DNA from: Nitrososphaerota archaeon
GTDB lineage: Archaea; Thermoproteota; Nitrososphaeria; Nitrososphaerales; UBA57
NCBI GenBank assembly: GCA_024860875.1
Contig: JACPSZ010000008.1
Span: 84,106 to 148,105 of the forward strand
DNA length: 64,000 bases
Direction of reading: 5' to 3'
The notes beneath the pieces were generated by a model. The model worked only from the letters and a program-made list of their open reading frames with translations. It was not told where the DNA came from and did not search any database. Every line of letters begins with the position of its first letter. Within the stretch, counting starts at the first letter, position 1. A program made the position numbers and the translations under genes. Below are positions 17,890 through 26,301 of the stretch, piece by piece.

Positions 17890-18542
17890 TAGTTGCAGGT
17901 GTGGACGAGGCTGGAAGAGGCTCTGTCATCGGGCCTCTGGTAGTTTCTGGAATTTCTGCCTCCACCTCTGCAATAGAAGAGCTCGCAAGAATGGGAGTGA
18001 AAGATTCTAAACAACTCAGCCCAGCGCAGAGGTCAAAGCTCTATCCGCAAATCCTGAAACTCTGCAAGAATGTTAGCACAGAAGTGCTTGCACCTTCTGA
18101 TATTGATAAATACGTTGAACCCAAAATAAGACTGAAGGGCTTGAATTACCTTGAAGCACTGTCTATAGCAAAGATTCTCTCTAGCCTTGATGCAGAGGTT
18201 TCATATGTTGATTCTTGCGATGTAAACCCAAAGAGGTTTGCAAAGATAATTTCTGATATAATGAAAAAGAAACAAAGGCTTGTAGTTTCACACCATGCTG
18301 ACGAAATTTATACTTCAGTTTCCGCAGCATCGATAGTTGCCAAGGTTACCAGAGATAGACACGTGCAGAAAATCGGCCGCAAATACGGTGATATAGGTTC
18401 AGGGTATCCTTCTGATCCTCAGACAATAGAATTCCTGCAAAAATGGATGAAGAGGGAGCTATCTGTTCCTCCGTTTGCCAGAAGGTCTTGGAAGACTTGG
18501 CTCAGAATCACTCCCAAAATAGAAGACTTTACTCTACCTTGA
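17886..18542 (+). CDS. rnhB: Ribonuclease HII
   Basis: IVAGVDEAGRGSVIGPLVV (DEAGRG motif) and DSKQLSP...ASIVAKVTRD...GSGYPSD. The start overlaps the NTPase stop (ATGA). Confidence 0.9.
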   Translation: MIVAGVDEAGRGSVIGPLVVSGISASTSAIEELARMGVKDSKQLSPAQRSKLYPQILKLCKNVSTEVLAPSDIDKYVEPKIRLKGLNYLEALSIAKILSSLDAEVSYVDSCDVNPKRFAKIISDIMKKKQRLVVSHHADEIYTSVSAASIVAKVTRDRHVQKIGRKYGDIGSGYPSDPQTIEFLQKWMKRELSVPPFARRSWKTWLRITPKIEDFTLP

Positions 18543-19110
18543 TGTGCTTACCAGATTTCGCTACAGGCTTGGTTTTGCTCAGAGTGACTTCAAGGATTCC
18601 ATTTTTGTAGCTTGCTTTTGTCTGTTCTGGGTCTACTTTTGCTGGTAAGTCTATACTCTTGAAGTATTTTTTATCGCCTTCGACCGAAATCTGCACCTTC
18701 CCATTTACAAGTTCAATCTTTATCTGCTCTCTCTCGACTCCCGGCATTTCGGCAATGATGCGTATTTTGTTGTCTTCCTCAATGATATCTACCAGAGGTT
18801 CCCTTTTGTCAGTAATTTCAAAATGCTGCTTGCCGTGCTCCTGCGGCTTTATGTTGCCGAATTCCCTGATCTCTGGTTTGCCGTCTGGCCCTACCGTGAC
18901 TGAATAACCGTAGATGAAGGGCCCCGCCTCTCTAACCGTTGTCCCATCGGGAAGCTTCCTTTCCCTAATGAGCTCTTCAGGGAACTTTTTCTCTACGTCC
19001 TTGAACATTTCTTCGAATAACTTTTCGAACTCTTCAAAGAACTCGTCCGAAAAGAACTTTCTGAACGGGTCCCTTCTTCTCCTTAGCCACCAATCTACAG
19101 GGTCTGACAT
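18529..19110 (-). CDS. hsp20: Small heat-shock protein (Hsp20/alpha-crystallin family)
   Basis: The alpha-crystallin domain is PLVDIIEEDNKIRIIAEMPGVEREQIKIELVNGKVQISVEG...ASYKNGILEVTLSK. Confidence 0.85.
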   Translation of the reverse strand: MSDPVDWWLRRRRDPFRKFFSDEFFEEFEKLFEEMFKDVEKKFPEELIRERKLPDGTTVREAGPFIYGYSVTVGPDGKPEIREFGNIKPQEHGKQHFEITDKREPLVDIIEEDNKIRIIAEMPGVEREQIKIELVNGKVQISVEGDKKYFKSIDLPAKVDPEQTKASYKNGILEVTLSKTKPVAKSGKHIKVE

Positions 19111-19168
19111 GTTGTTAGATTAGAATCGGAAAAATTTAACGTTTACCGTCTATTCTCATCTGTGATAA

Positions 19169-19852
19169 TCATAGCATATGGGCCAGTATTATGGCATGAT
19201 CTTTGTCGAACGGCTCAAGTTTGAGAACCTGCTTTATTGTAAATCCAGCGTCCTGCAGCTTTCGTGATTCTTCAAGGAAGACCTCTCTTGGTTCCTTTGT
19301 TACGTCTATGCTCCTCGACTTTACGACCATAAGCAAATAGCCTCCTCTTTTCAAGTGGGCCTGGCAGTTCTGTATGGTAATCTGCGTCTGATCTGGCTGT
19401 GCAATATCTGCATAGACGACATCGACCTTGGACAAAATAACACCGTACGATTTTGGCTTTCTGGCATCAGCGACTATCGGGATTATGTTACTTCTCTTCT
19501 CAGCAACGTTTTCTATGAATTCTCTAGCAACTCTTGCAGAAACTTCAACGCCATAAACTATGCCAGACTTTCCGATTATGTCTGAAACGTGGCTGACCGT
19601 TGTTCCTGTAGATGCTCCAACGTACAATATAGAAGAGCCCTCCCCAATAGGCATTAATTCGAGCCCTTTGGTTATTGCAGCTGCGAGCTTGCTCCTGAAA
19701 GGATCCCAAACCCTGTACTCGATGCCGTTAATTGAAACGAATCTTTCGTCATAGACTTTATTCCCTGCAACGAAATTCTCAGTGGCAAGTTTTTGCTGGT
19801 TGTCTATGGTTACCCATCGAAGCTTTTGGGCTCTACCTTCTTCTTCTTTCAC
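19169..19852 (-). CDS. flpA: Fibrillarin-like rRNA/tRNA 2'-O-methyltransferase
   Basis: YRVWDPFRSKLAAAI, ILYVGASTGTTVSHVSDI (SAM-binding) and VVYADIAQPDQ. Lies downstream of nop5 and overlaps it. Confidence 0.9.
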   Translation of the reverse strand: MKEEEGRAQKLRWVTIDNQQKLATENFVAGNKVYDERFVSINGIEYRVWDPFRSKLAAAITKGLELMPIGEGSSILYVGASTGTTVSHVSDIIGKSGIVYGVEVSARVAREFIENVAEKRSNIIPIVADARKPKSYGVILSKVDVVYADIAQPDQTQITIQNCQAHLKRGGYLLMVVKSRSIDVTKEPREVFLEESRKLQDAGFTIKQVLKLEPFDKDHAIILAHML

Positions 19853-21041
19853 GCCTATCCCTTGTTCTTGGCACGAACTTCGGCTTGAATACTCTCTTGG
19901 GCTCTTCAGGAGGCGGCTCCTTGTACTTTTCCCTTATCTCCTCGAGCCTCTTGGCAAACTTACTCTCTATGCCCTCTTGCTTCTCTCCTCTGAACATGTC
20001 CACCCTTGCCGCTATAGCTATCTTGCTTGCAAGAGACCTTGCAATCTTGCCCCTCTGCCATTTGGGTGCTCCATGAACCTGTTCATGTTGAAAGAGTATG
20101 CCGTGCTTCGGCGGTCTTGAACCTGTTTTCAGAGCCCTGAAAAGGGCCTTTTCTGCACCAAGAACCTGTATCGTGCTGGAGGGTAATTTCGCAAGTCTAG
20201 CAAGTCCTCCTGCCTTCGCTATCAAACGTGCCCCAATCGTCTCTCCCGCAACGGCACTTATATTAGGTGCTAACCTTCGCATTGAAGATTCTACATACCT
20301 CTGCAATCTGTCTTTTGATGCTGAAAGCGACATCGTTGTTTCAGCGAGCAATGCTACCATCGCAGCATCTTCTTTAGATATCGAACCTCCTTTTGATACC
20401 TTTGCAGCAAGCATCATGGCTTCAACCTTTTTGGGCGAGAGGTTCAGGCCTGAAAGTATGTTCTCATCTATTTTGTCGCGAGTTCCTGCAGAAGCTATCT
20501 TTGCATATCCAATAGGATCATCGACTAAACCTGTGAGCTCAGGGAAATGCAATCCGTACCACTCTTTGAGTCTTGCTGTGATAACATTCAACGCTTTGTC
20601 CAGTTCGTCCAAGCCCTGAACCCCCTCCATGACCTGCAGGTCGGGTTGCGTAGAAAGCTCTCTGATGCGTTCCTTAGACGTTTCTATGGCAAAGTTTCTC
20701 AGAAATTCCCTTGCTTCAATTTCTGACTCATAGATTTTTGAAGATAGCAAAATTTCGAGTTTCTTTTGATTTAGCTGCGATGCTGTTGGTGCATCAGTCA
20801 TTGAAGTTTCAAAACCCTTTGATGCAAAAGCCTCTTGAAGTGCAGAATTTGGTAATGAAATTGACTTTACACCCTGCTTATGACATTCAGCAAGTATTGT
20901 AGAGATTGCTGAGCCGCGACCTTTTTGGCTTTCCTTGAATTCCATGTATTCTCTTCCTTCCGCATACCTTGCAATGGCTAAAGTAGCCAGTTTATCGTCC
21001 AGCAATATCATTCCTGCTTCCGTAAGAAATAGTGTTGCCAA
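19833..21041 (-). CDS. nop5: Nop56/58 (Nop5) C/D box sRNP core protein
   Basis: Nop domain motifs: LKEWYGLHFPEL, LAPNISAVAGETIGARLIAKAGGLARLAKLPSSTIQVLGAEKALFRALKTG..PKHGILFQH, plus a basic C-terminal tail. Confidence 0.9.
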   Translation of the reverse strand: MATLFLTEAGMILLDDKLATLAIARYAEGREYMEFKESQKGRGSAISTILAECHKQGVKSISLPNSALQEAFASKGFETSMTDAPTASQLNQKKLEILLSSKIYESEIEAREFLRNFAIETSKERIRELSTQPDLQVMEGVQGLDELDKALNVITARLKEWYGLHFPELTGLVDDPIGYAKIASAGTRDKIDENILSGLNLSPKKVEAMMLAAKVSKGGSISKEDAAMVALLAETTMSLSASKDRLQRYVESSMRRLAPNISAVAGETIGARLIAKAGGLARLAKLPSSTIQVLGAEKALFRALKTGSRPPKHGILFQHEQVHGAPKWQRGKIARSLASKIAIAARVDMFRGEKQEGIESKFAKRLEEIREKYKEPPPEEPKRVFKPKFVPRTRDRRERRRR

Positions 21042-21084
21042 TGTCTCGCTTCTCGATAAGCCTTAAAGCCATCAAGATAAATGC

Positions 21085-22023
21085 TTGTGTAAAGGTTTAT
21101 CTTTGCAAGCACAGATTTCGCTTGAGGTCCAAATAGCGGGGTTATCCCTCCGCAACCCGATCATTCTTGCCTCTGGAATTTTAGGTCATTCGACAGAAGT
21201 CTTTGAGAGGATATATAATGCAGGTGTTTCTGCTGTTATAGGAAAATCGGTTTCTCTGCAACCCAGAGAGGCTTACAAGCCACCAACTGTTGTGCAGGTT
21301 AATTCTGGTTATCTTAATGCAATAGGTCTAGGCAATCCCGGCGCAGATGCCTTCGCTCAAGAACTGAAGAAAGTCTCAGCAAGGAAGATCCCAGTAATTG
21401 CGAGTATGTTCGGCTCAGATCCAAATGATTTTGAAAGAATGACGAAACTTTTCGATTCTGCTGGTGCAGTTGCTTTTGAGCTGAATTTATCGTGCCCTCA
21501 TGTGAAAGGCGTAGGCACAGAAGTTGGCCATGACCCTCACCTCGTCGCTGCAATAGTTAAAGCGGTGAGAAAGAGCACATCAAAGCCTGTATTCGCAAAA
21601 GTTTCGCCGGGTATGGAAACTATGCTTCAAACAGTAAAGGCTGCAGAAGAGGCTGGTGCTAGCGGCATAACAGCAACTAACACAATCCGCGCAATGGCAA
21701 TAGACGTAGAATCAAGAGTGCCTTACCTGTCGAATAGATTTGGAGGTTTGTCTGGCGACGCTCTCCATCCAATTGCAGTCAGGTGCGTCTATGAAATTGC
21801 AGAGCAGACCAAAATCCCCATCATTGGCTGCGGAGGGATAGATAGCTGGGAGGATGCTGTAGAGTTCATCCTCGCTGGAGCATCGGCCGTAGAGATTGGA
21901 ACGGTTCTTGCTTACAGACCTCCAACAGTGATCGAAGAAATATTGAGTGGAATTAGAGGGTACATGACAAGAAAGGGGTACAAGAGGGTATCAGACTTTG
22001 TTGGACTCGCACACTCTCGTTAG
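21085..22023 (+). CDS. pyrD: Dihydroorotate dehydrogenase, class 1B catalytic subunit
   Basis: LSLRNPIILASG, ELNLSCPHVKG, ITATNT, GGLSGDALHPIAVR and IIGCGGI. Followed by pyrK. Confidence 0.9.
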   Translation: MCKGLSLQAQISLEVQIAGLSLRNPIILASGILGHSTEVFERIYNAGVSAVIGKSVSLQPREAYKPPTVVQVNSGYLNAIGLGNPGADAFAQELKKVSARKIPVIASMFGSDPNDFERMTKLFDSAGAVAFELNLSCPHVKGVGTEVGHDPHLVAAIVKAVRKSTSKPVFAKVSPGMETMLQTVKAAEEAGASGITATNTIRAMAIDVESRVPYLSNRFGGLSGDALHPIAVRCVYEIAEQTKIPIIGCGGIDSWEDAVEFILAGASAVEIGTVLAYRPPTVIEEILSGIRGYMTRKGYKRVSDFVGLAHSR

Positions 22024-22813
22024 CAGACCTCGACCAGTAAAAATCACCGAAGTTAGAACGGAGAAGGGTTCTGTCAAGAGCGTATTCTTCCAAGATGATA
22101 TGTGCCTGAAGGCGTCACCTGGAAACTTTGTCATGGTCTGGCTCCCTAATGTCGAAGAAATACCTATGAATCTTTCACGCATGGGGGATGTCTGCTCGAT
22201 TACTGTATGGCCTTACAGCCCTGGTACTACTGCATTATGTTTCATGAAGAATGGGGATACTATATGGCTGAGAGGGCCTTACGGAAATCCATATTCAATT
22301 ACAGAGAAAAACAGTTTGCTAATAGGTAGCGGAAGTGGATTATCTCCTTTATTCGCCCTTGCTAAACAGATCAGGTCGAAGAAGCTCTCTGCAACATTTG
22401 TACTCCATGGTAAAAATAAAGATGGATTGATTTTTTATGAAGAGCTTGCAAAGATGTGCAAGGTTGTTGCAGTTACTAGCGACGGGAGTGAAGGTCTACG
22501 AGGCAAAGCTTCGGAAGTAGCAACAAAACTCATCAAGGGAGGCAAGTTTGACAGCATCTATGCAGGGTTAAATGAAATAGAGCTGAGAACTATATTTGAA
22601 GCTGCTGAGGCAAAAAGAATTCCCGTGCAATTTGGACTCGAAAGATCAATGCTCTGCGGGATAGGTCTATGCGGGAGCTGCTCGATAGACAAATATCTGG
22701 TATGCAGAGACGGTCCAATATTGAAAACAGAGCAGGTCAGAGAATGCATGGCAGAGCTGGGCATATTCAGAAGGAACAAGTCTGGTGCGATAGTGCAAGT
22801 AAAAGAATACTAG
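21998..22813 (+). CDS. pyrK: Dihydroorotate dehydrogenase electron-transfer subunit
   Basis: FAD/NAD-binding fold (LLIGSGSGLSPLFAL) and the C-terminal 2Fe-2S motif MLCGIGLCGSCSIDKYLVCRDGP. Confidence 0.85.
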   Translation: MLDSHTLVSRPRPVKITEVRTEKGSVKSVFFQDDMCLKASPGNFVMVWLPNVEEIPMNLSRMGDVCSITVWPYSPGTTALCFMKNGDTIWLRGPYGNPYSITEKNSLLIGSGSGLSPLFALAKQIRSKKLSATFVLHGKNKDGLIFYEELAKMCKVVAVTSDGSEGLRGKASEVATKLIKGGKFDSIYAGLNEIELRTIFEAAEAKRIPVQFGLERSMLCGIGLCGSCSIDKYLVCRDGPILKTEQVRECMAELGIFRRNKSGAIVQVKEY

Positions 22814-22822
22814 GTATATTTG

Positions 22823-22830
22823 TATAGGGC
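22823..22830. repeat. Left copy of the 8-bp target-site duplication GCGCCTAC
   Basis: Exact 8-mer abutting the left IS inverted repeat. An identical copy lies at 23866-23873. Confidence 0.75.
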
Positions 22831-23865
22831 ACGCGCCTACTGCTCTGTTGCACGAATCATGCCATAGTATCCCATTCACTGAGCTTATCCTGGATACCTA
22901 CACCATCGCCATAAATGCGTTGTAGATGGATGCCTTCAGGGCCATCTCCCTAGCCATGTTCACGAACTTCTTTGCTGTGACGTACTCTCAGAAGACCCTC
23001 TTGATGCAGGAGAACACCCCTTCCACCCTCCACCTGTTGCCGAATCGATGTATCCTCGACCATGCTTTAGGCTTGAATGCTTGCTGCTCGATCACAGCCG
23101 CCTTTCTGGCCTGGCTTCCCCTGCTCTTAGGTACAGAACCCTTCCTTACCCTGATTACGGGCTTGATGTGACGTTCATCCAAGAAGTTGAAGTTAGCTCT
23201 AGAGTCGTAGGCCCCGTCCGCAAGTAATCTCTTCACCCTGACGATATCACTCGCTCTGTTGACCAGCCTCTTCAGTCGTCTGCCATCATGCACCTTCTCC
23301 GACGAGACATCCATTGATACAACCTGTTTGGTCTTGATATCGACGGCAAAATGGATCTTCAGGTAGCCCCTCTTCACCTTCCAGACGTGCCTTATCCAGT
23401 CTCCTCCGTTGTGAACCTTTATGCCAGACGCATCAACGGCTATGCTCACCGGAGCATTCGAACTGATAAGAGAGTCATCAAGAGATATCTCTAGCTTGTT
23501 CACCCGCCTGTCCATGGTGGAGTAGTCTGGCGCCTTCAACCCCTCCACATGCTTGGAGAGGGAGGTGATGAATCCCTCCGCCTGCCTGTAGGGCATGTGA
23601 AAGAGCAGCCTTATACACGCAAGGAACCTGATGTACGATTCCGGATAGTGGTAGGGCTCTCCGACCTTCCCGTCGTTGGCCTTCCTCAGCTCGTTACTCC
23701 ACTCGCCGATGACGGAAGGTGAGATGTTGATCTCTCCCCTCTTGACAAGTGCATCATTGTACCTGCTCCAATCCCTGCCTGACATGAGTGGAGGATCATG
23801 TCACTTATACAAGCACACCTGAGCCAAAATCCCTTCACAATGAACTCAAATCGTGCAACACACCA
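22831..23865 (-). mobile_element. Insertion sequence (1035 bp) with a DDE transposase (IS4/IS5-type), imperfect terminal inverted repeats and an 8-bp TSD
   Basis: The left end is tgctctgttgcacgaat. The reverse complement of the right end is tggtgtgttgcacgatt, matching 14/17. Flanked by direct repeats GCGCCTAC. Contains a single transposase ORF. Confidence 0.8.
22988..23785 (-). CDS. DDE transposase, terminated prematurely by an in-frame TGA (frame continues to 22898)
   Basis: Candidate DDE residues lie in IAVDASGIKVH, LLADGAYDS and RWRVEGVFSCIKRVF. After the TGA the same frame reads EYVTAKKFVNMAREMALKASIYNAFMAMV*, which resembles the conserved C-terminal tail of this transposase type. Confidence 0.8.
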   Translation of the reverse strand: MSGRDWSRYNDALVKRGEINISPSVIGEWSNELRKANDGKVGEPYHYPESYIRFLACIRLLFHMPYRQAEGFITSLSKHVEGLKAPDYSTMDRRVNKLEISLDDSLISSNAPVSIAVDASGIKVHNGGDWIRHVWKVKRGYLKIHFAVDIKTKQVVSMDVSSEKVHDGRRLKRLVNRASDIVRVKRLLADGAYDSRANFNFLDERHIKPVIRVRKGSVPKSRGSQARKAAVIEQQAFKPKAWSRIHRFGNRWRVEGVFSCIKRVF

Positions 23866-23873
23866 GCGCCTAC
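23866..23873. repeat. Right copy of the 8-bp target-site duplication GCGCCTAC
   Basis: Exact match to 22823-22830, directly abutting the right IS end. Confidence 0.75.
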
Positions 23874-23879
23874 CGAAGA

Positions 23880-23887
23880 TTTTTAAG
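23880..23887 (+). promoter_or_regulatory. Candidate TATA box for the eS30 gene
   Basis: tttttaag lies about 31-38 nt upstream of the ATG at 23918 and is preceded by the purine-rich, BRE-like ccgaaga. Pattern recognition only. Confidence 0.3.
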
Positions 23888-23917
23888 CAGGATTAACTCT
23901 CTAAAGATAGAGATACA

Positions 23918-24085
23918 ATGCCGACACATGGCTCTATGACAAAGGCTGGAAAGGTAAGAAGCCAGACGCCAAAGCTTCAGGCAAAGCCAAGAACCTCTCC
24001 TATACCAAAGGTTAGGAGCAGAAGCACCTTCGTAAAGCGCTATACCCTGAAGAGAAAGCCTGGCCAGAACTGGATGAAATTTTAA
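23918..24085 (+). CDS. rps30e: Ribosomal protein eS30 (S30e)
   Basis: Hand translation gives MPTHGSMTKAGKVRSQTPKLQAKPRTSPIPKVRSRSTFVKRYTLKRKPGQNWMKF* (55 aa). The HGS(L/M)xKAGKVRxQTPK signature is that of eS30. Below the ORF-track length cutoff. Confidence 0.8.
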   Translation: MPTHGSMTKAGKVRSQTPKLQAKPRTSPIPKVRSRSTFVKRYTLKRKPGQNWMKF

Positions 24086-24159
24086 CCTCTAACTTTATTT
24101 TTGATTCGAGGATATCGCTAATATAGCAACGGTTAGGGAAGGGTCGGTCAGAAGACAGT

Positions 24160-24654
24160 TTGGATCTGAAACTTCTTGCACTAGGCTGGGTTTTGCTTAT
24201 AGGAGGCATTTCCATTTCTTACTATTCCTCGCCAACATTAGTTTCGGACAATAGAACGCTCAATGCGCAGCAAACACTCACATATTCAAGAACCCTCCAG
24301 GACTATCCCTTCGGACAGAAGGTGCTCAAGGTAGAAGTCGTAATAGTGAACGGCAACGTAGATTTTTACCTTCTAGACAGTGCAAATCTGCGGTTATATC
24401 AGAGCCGCAGACCTTTTGAAGGTATTATTTCAAAGCCAAATATGACTGGAGGGTTTAGTACCCAATTAACTCCTACTAACAATACGCTGTATTTCGTAAT
24501 TGACAACAGCAAAGGTACAAAGAATATAGAAGTAGGAATAACAGGAACTGTTGACTATGGCTTGGCGCCTGCGGGAGCTATAATTTCCATATTGGGTTTA
24601 GGCATCACATATTTCGGATTATCAGCCAAAGGTAAGCGCAAAGACAAGAGGTAG
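24160..24654 (+). CDS. Hypothetical membrane protein (TM - extracellular beta domain - TM)
   Basis: N-terminal TM LLALGWVLLIGGISISYY, C-terminal TM APAGAIISILGLGITYFGL, and a basic tail. Confidence 0.5.
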   Translation: MDLKLLALGWVLLIGGISISYYSSPTLVSDNRTLNAQQTLTYSRTLQDYPFGQKVLKVEVVIVNGNVDFYLLDSANLRLYQSRRPFEGIISKPNMTGGFSTQLTPTNNTLYFVIDNSKGTKNIEVGITGTVDYGLAPAGAIISILGLGITYFGLSAKGKRKDKR

Positions 24655-24687
24655 GCTTTTTAGCACAAAGGTTTTGCAGAGATTCTG

Positions 24688-26301
24688 ATGCTCGCCCAGA
24701 GCAATGTTTCTGAAGATGAAAGAATGCTGATGGCCTGCAGGGAGATAGCGGGTACTCTGGTTGAGCGAAAAGTTTCGAAGGTCGAATTTGAAAGCATCAG
24801 AAAAAATGCATGCATAAAATACTCGTTATCAAGAATGCCTGGGAATGCAGCCATACTGGAGCAGGTTCCAAGCGAGGACAAAGAGCGTGTCCGTTCTGTC
24901 CTGATGGTGAAACCTACAAGGACGGCATCTGGTGTTGCAGTAATTGCTATCATGACGCGCCCTCATCCGTGTCCTCATGGAGTATGCGTTTATTGTCCTG
25001 GCGGAGTAAGAAACAATTCGCCACAAGCCTACACGGGTCACGAGCCGGCAGCATTAAGAGGGAAGCAAAACGACTACGATTCTGCAAGGCAAGTATATTC
25101 AAGGCTAAGGCAGTTAAAGTCTGCAGGCCATAAACTCAGTAAGGCCGAACTAATCATAATGGGAGGAACATTTCTCAGCACTCCTCCAGACTACCAGCGA
25201 GGTTTCGTTAAAGGTGCATTAGACGCTCTTAATGGAATTGAATCGTCTAGCTTAGAAGAAGCCAAGCTCGTTGCAGAAACTGCAGCTACGAGGAATGTGG
25301 GCATAACGGTAGAAACCAGGCCGGATTGGTGCAGGCAGAAGCACGTTGACAACATGTTAAGCTATGGTGCAACGAGGGTCGAAATCGGCGTTCAAGTACT
25401 TGACGATGAAATTTACCGAATAATGCGCAGAGGACATACGGTTGCAGATGTAGTTGAATCTTTCCAGATAGCAAAAGACTCTGCATACAAGATCGTTGCT
25501 CACATGATGCCTGGACTGCCAGGTTCGACTCCTGAAAAAGACATTCAATCAATAAGGCAGCTCTTCGAAGATGAACGCTTTAGACCTGACATGCTGAAGA
25601 TTTACCCGACGCTTCTGATTGCATCCGCAGACCTCTACCAGTGGTGGCTCGAAGGAAGGTACAAGCCATACGGCGTGGAAGACATGGTCCAGATAATTGC
25701 GGAAGCCAAGAAGTACATTCCCAAATGGGTGAGGATAATGAGGATTCAGAGGGATATACCTGCAAAGATGATTGTCGATGGCGTCAAGAAGAGCAATTTG
25801 CGCGAGCTCGTTCTTGAAGAACTGAAGAGGAGAGGGTATTCCTGCAGGTGCATACGTTGCAGGGAAATTGGCCTTAAACAAATCAAGGAAAAGATCACGT
25901 TCAGACCAGACGACATAGCGATGAACAGGACTAATTACGATGCTTCTGAGGGTAAGGAAATCTTCCTTTCATTCGACGACAAGTCTGCCGATGCTCTGGT
26001 CGGCTTTCTGAGGCTAAGGGTACCATCTGAAAAAGCACACCGTTCTGAAATTGCTGGGCAGAGAGCTCTACTTGTCAGAGAATTACACATTTATGGCCCT
26101 GTAGTCCCGGTTGGAGAAAAGGAAGACTTTTCTTGGCAACACAAAGGTTTTGGGAGGGCTTTGATGGAAGAAGCTGAACGCATAGCGGTTGAAGAATTCG
26201 ATACCCAAAAGATGGTCGTTATAAGCGCTTTGGGGACTCGAGAATACTATAGGAAGTTAGGCTACAAGTCTGACGGGCCTTACGTTTCAAAAGTACTTTA
26301 A
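24688..26301 (+). CDS. elp3: Elp3-family tRNA uridine(34) modification enzyme (radical SAM + GNAT)
   Basis: Radical-SAM cluster CPHGVCVYCPGG, an Elp3 core (IMGGTF, VETRPDW, RVEIGVQ), and the C-terminal GNAT domain HKGFGRALMEEAERIA. Confidence 0.9.
   Translation: MLAQSNVSEDERMLMACREIAGTLVERKVSKVEFESIRKNACIKYSLSRMPGNAAILEQVPSEDKERVRSVLMVKPTRTASGVAVIAIMTRPHPCPHGVCVYCPGGVRNNSPQAYTGHEPAALRGKQNDYDSARQVYSRLRQLKSAGHKLSKAELIIMGGTFLSTPPDYQRGFVKGALDALNGIESSSLEEAKLVAETAATRNVGITVETRPDWCRQKHVDNMLSYGATRVEIGVQVLDDEIYRIMRRGHTVADVVESFQIAKDSAYKIVAHMMPGLPGSTPEKDIQSIRQLFEDERFRPDMLKIYPTLLIASADLYQWWLEGRYKPYGVEDMVQIIAEAKKYIPKWVRIMRIQRDIPAKMIVDGVKKSNLRELVLEELKRRGYSCRCIRCREIGLKQIKEKITFRPDDIAMNRTNYDASEGKEIFLSFDDKSADALVGFLRLRVPSEKAHRSEIAGQRALLVRELHIYGPVVPVGEKEDFSWQHKGFGRALMEEAERIAVEEFDTQKMVVISALGTREYYRKLGYKSDGPYVSKVL

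Noticed and set aside
17547-18014. 155-aa minus-strand ORF
   Set aside because: It is antisense to the THEP1 NTPase and RNase HII genes, both of which have clear catalytic motifs.
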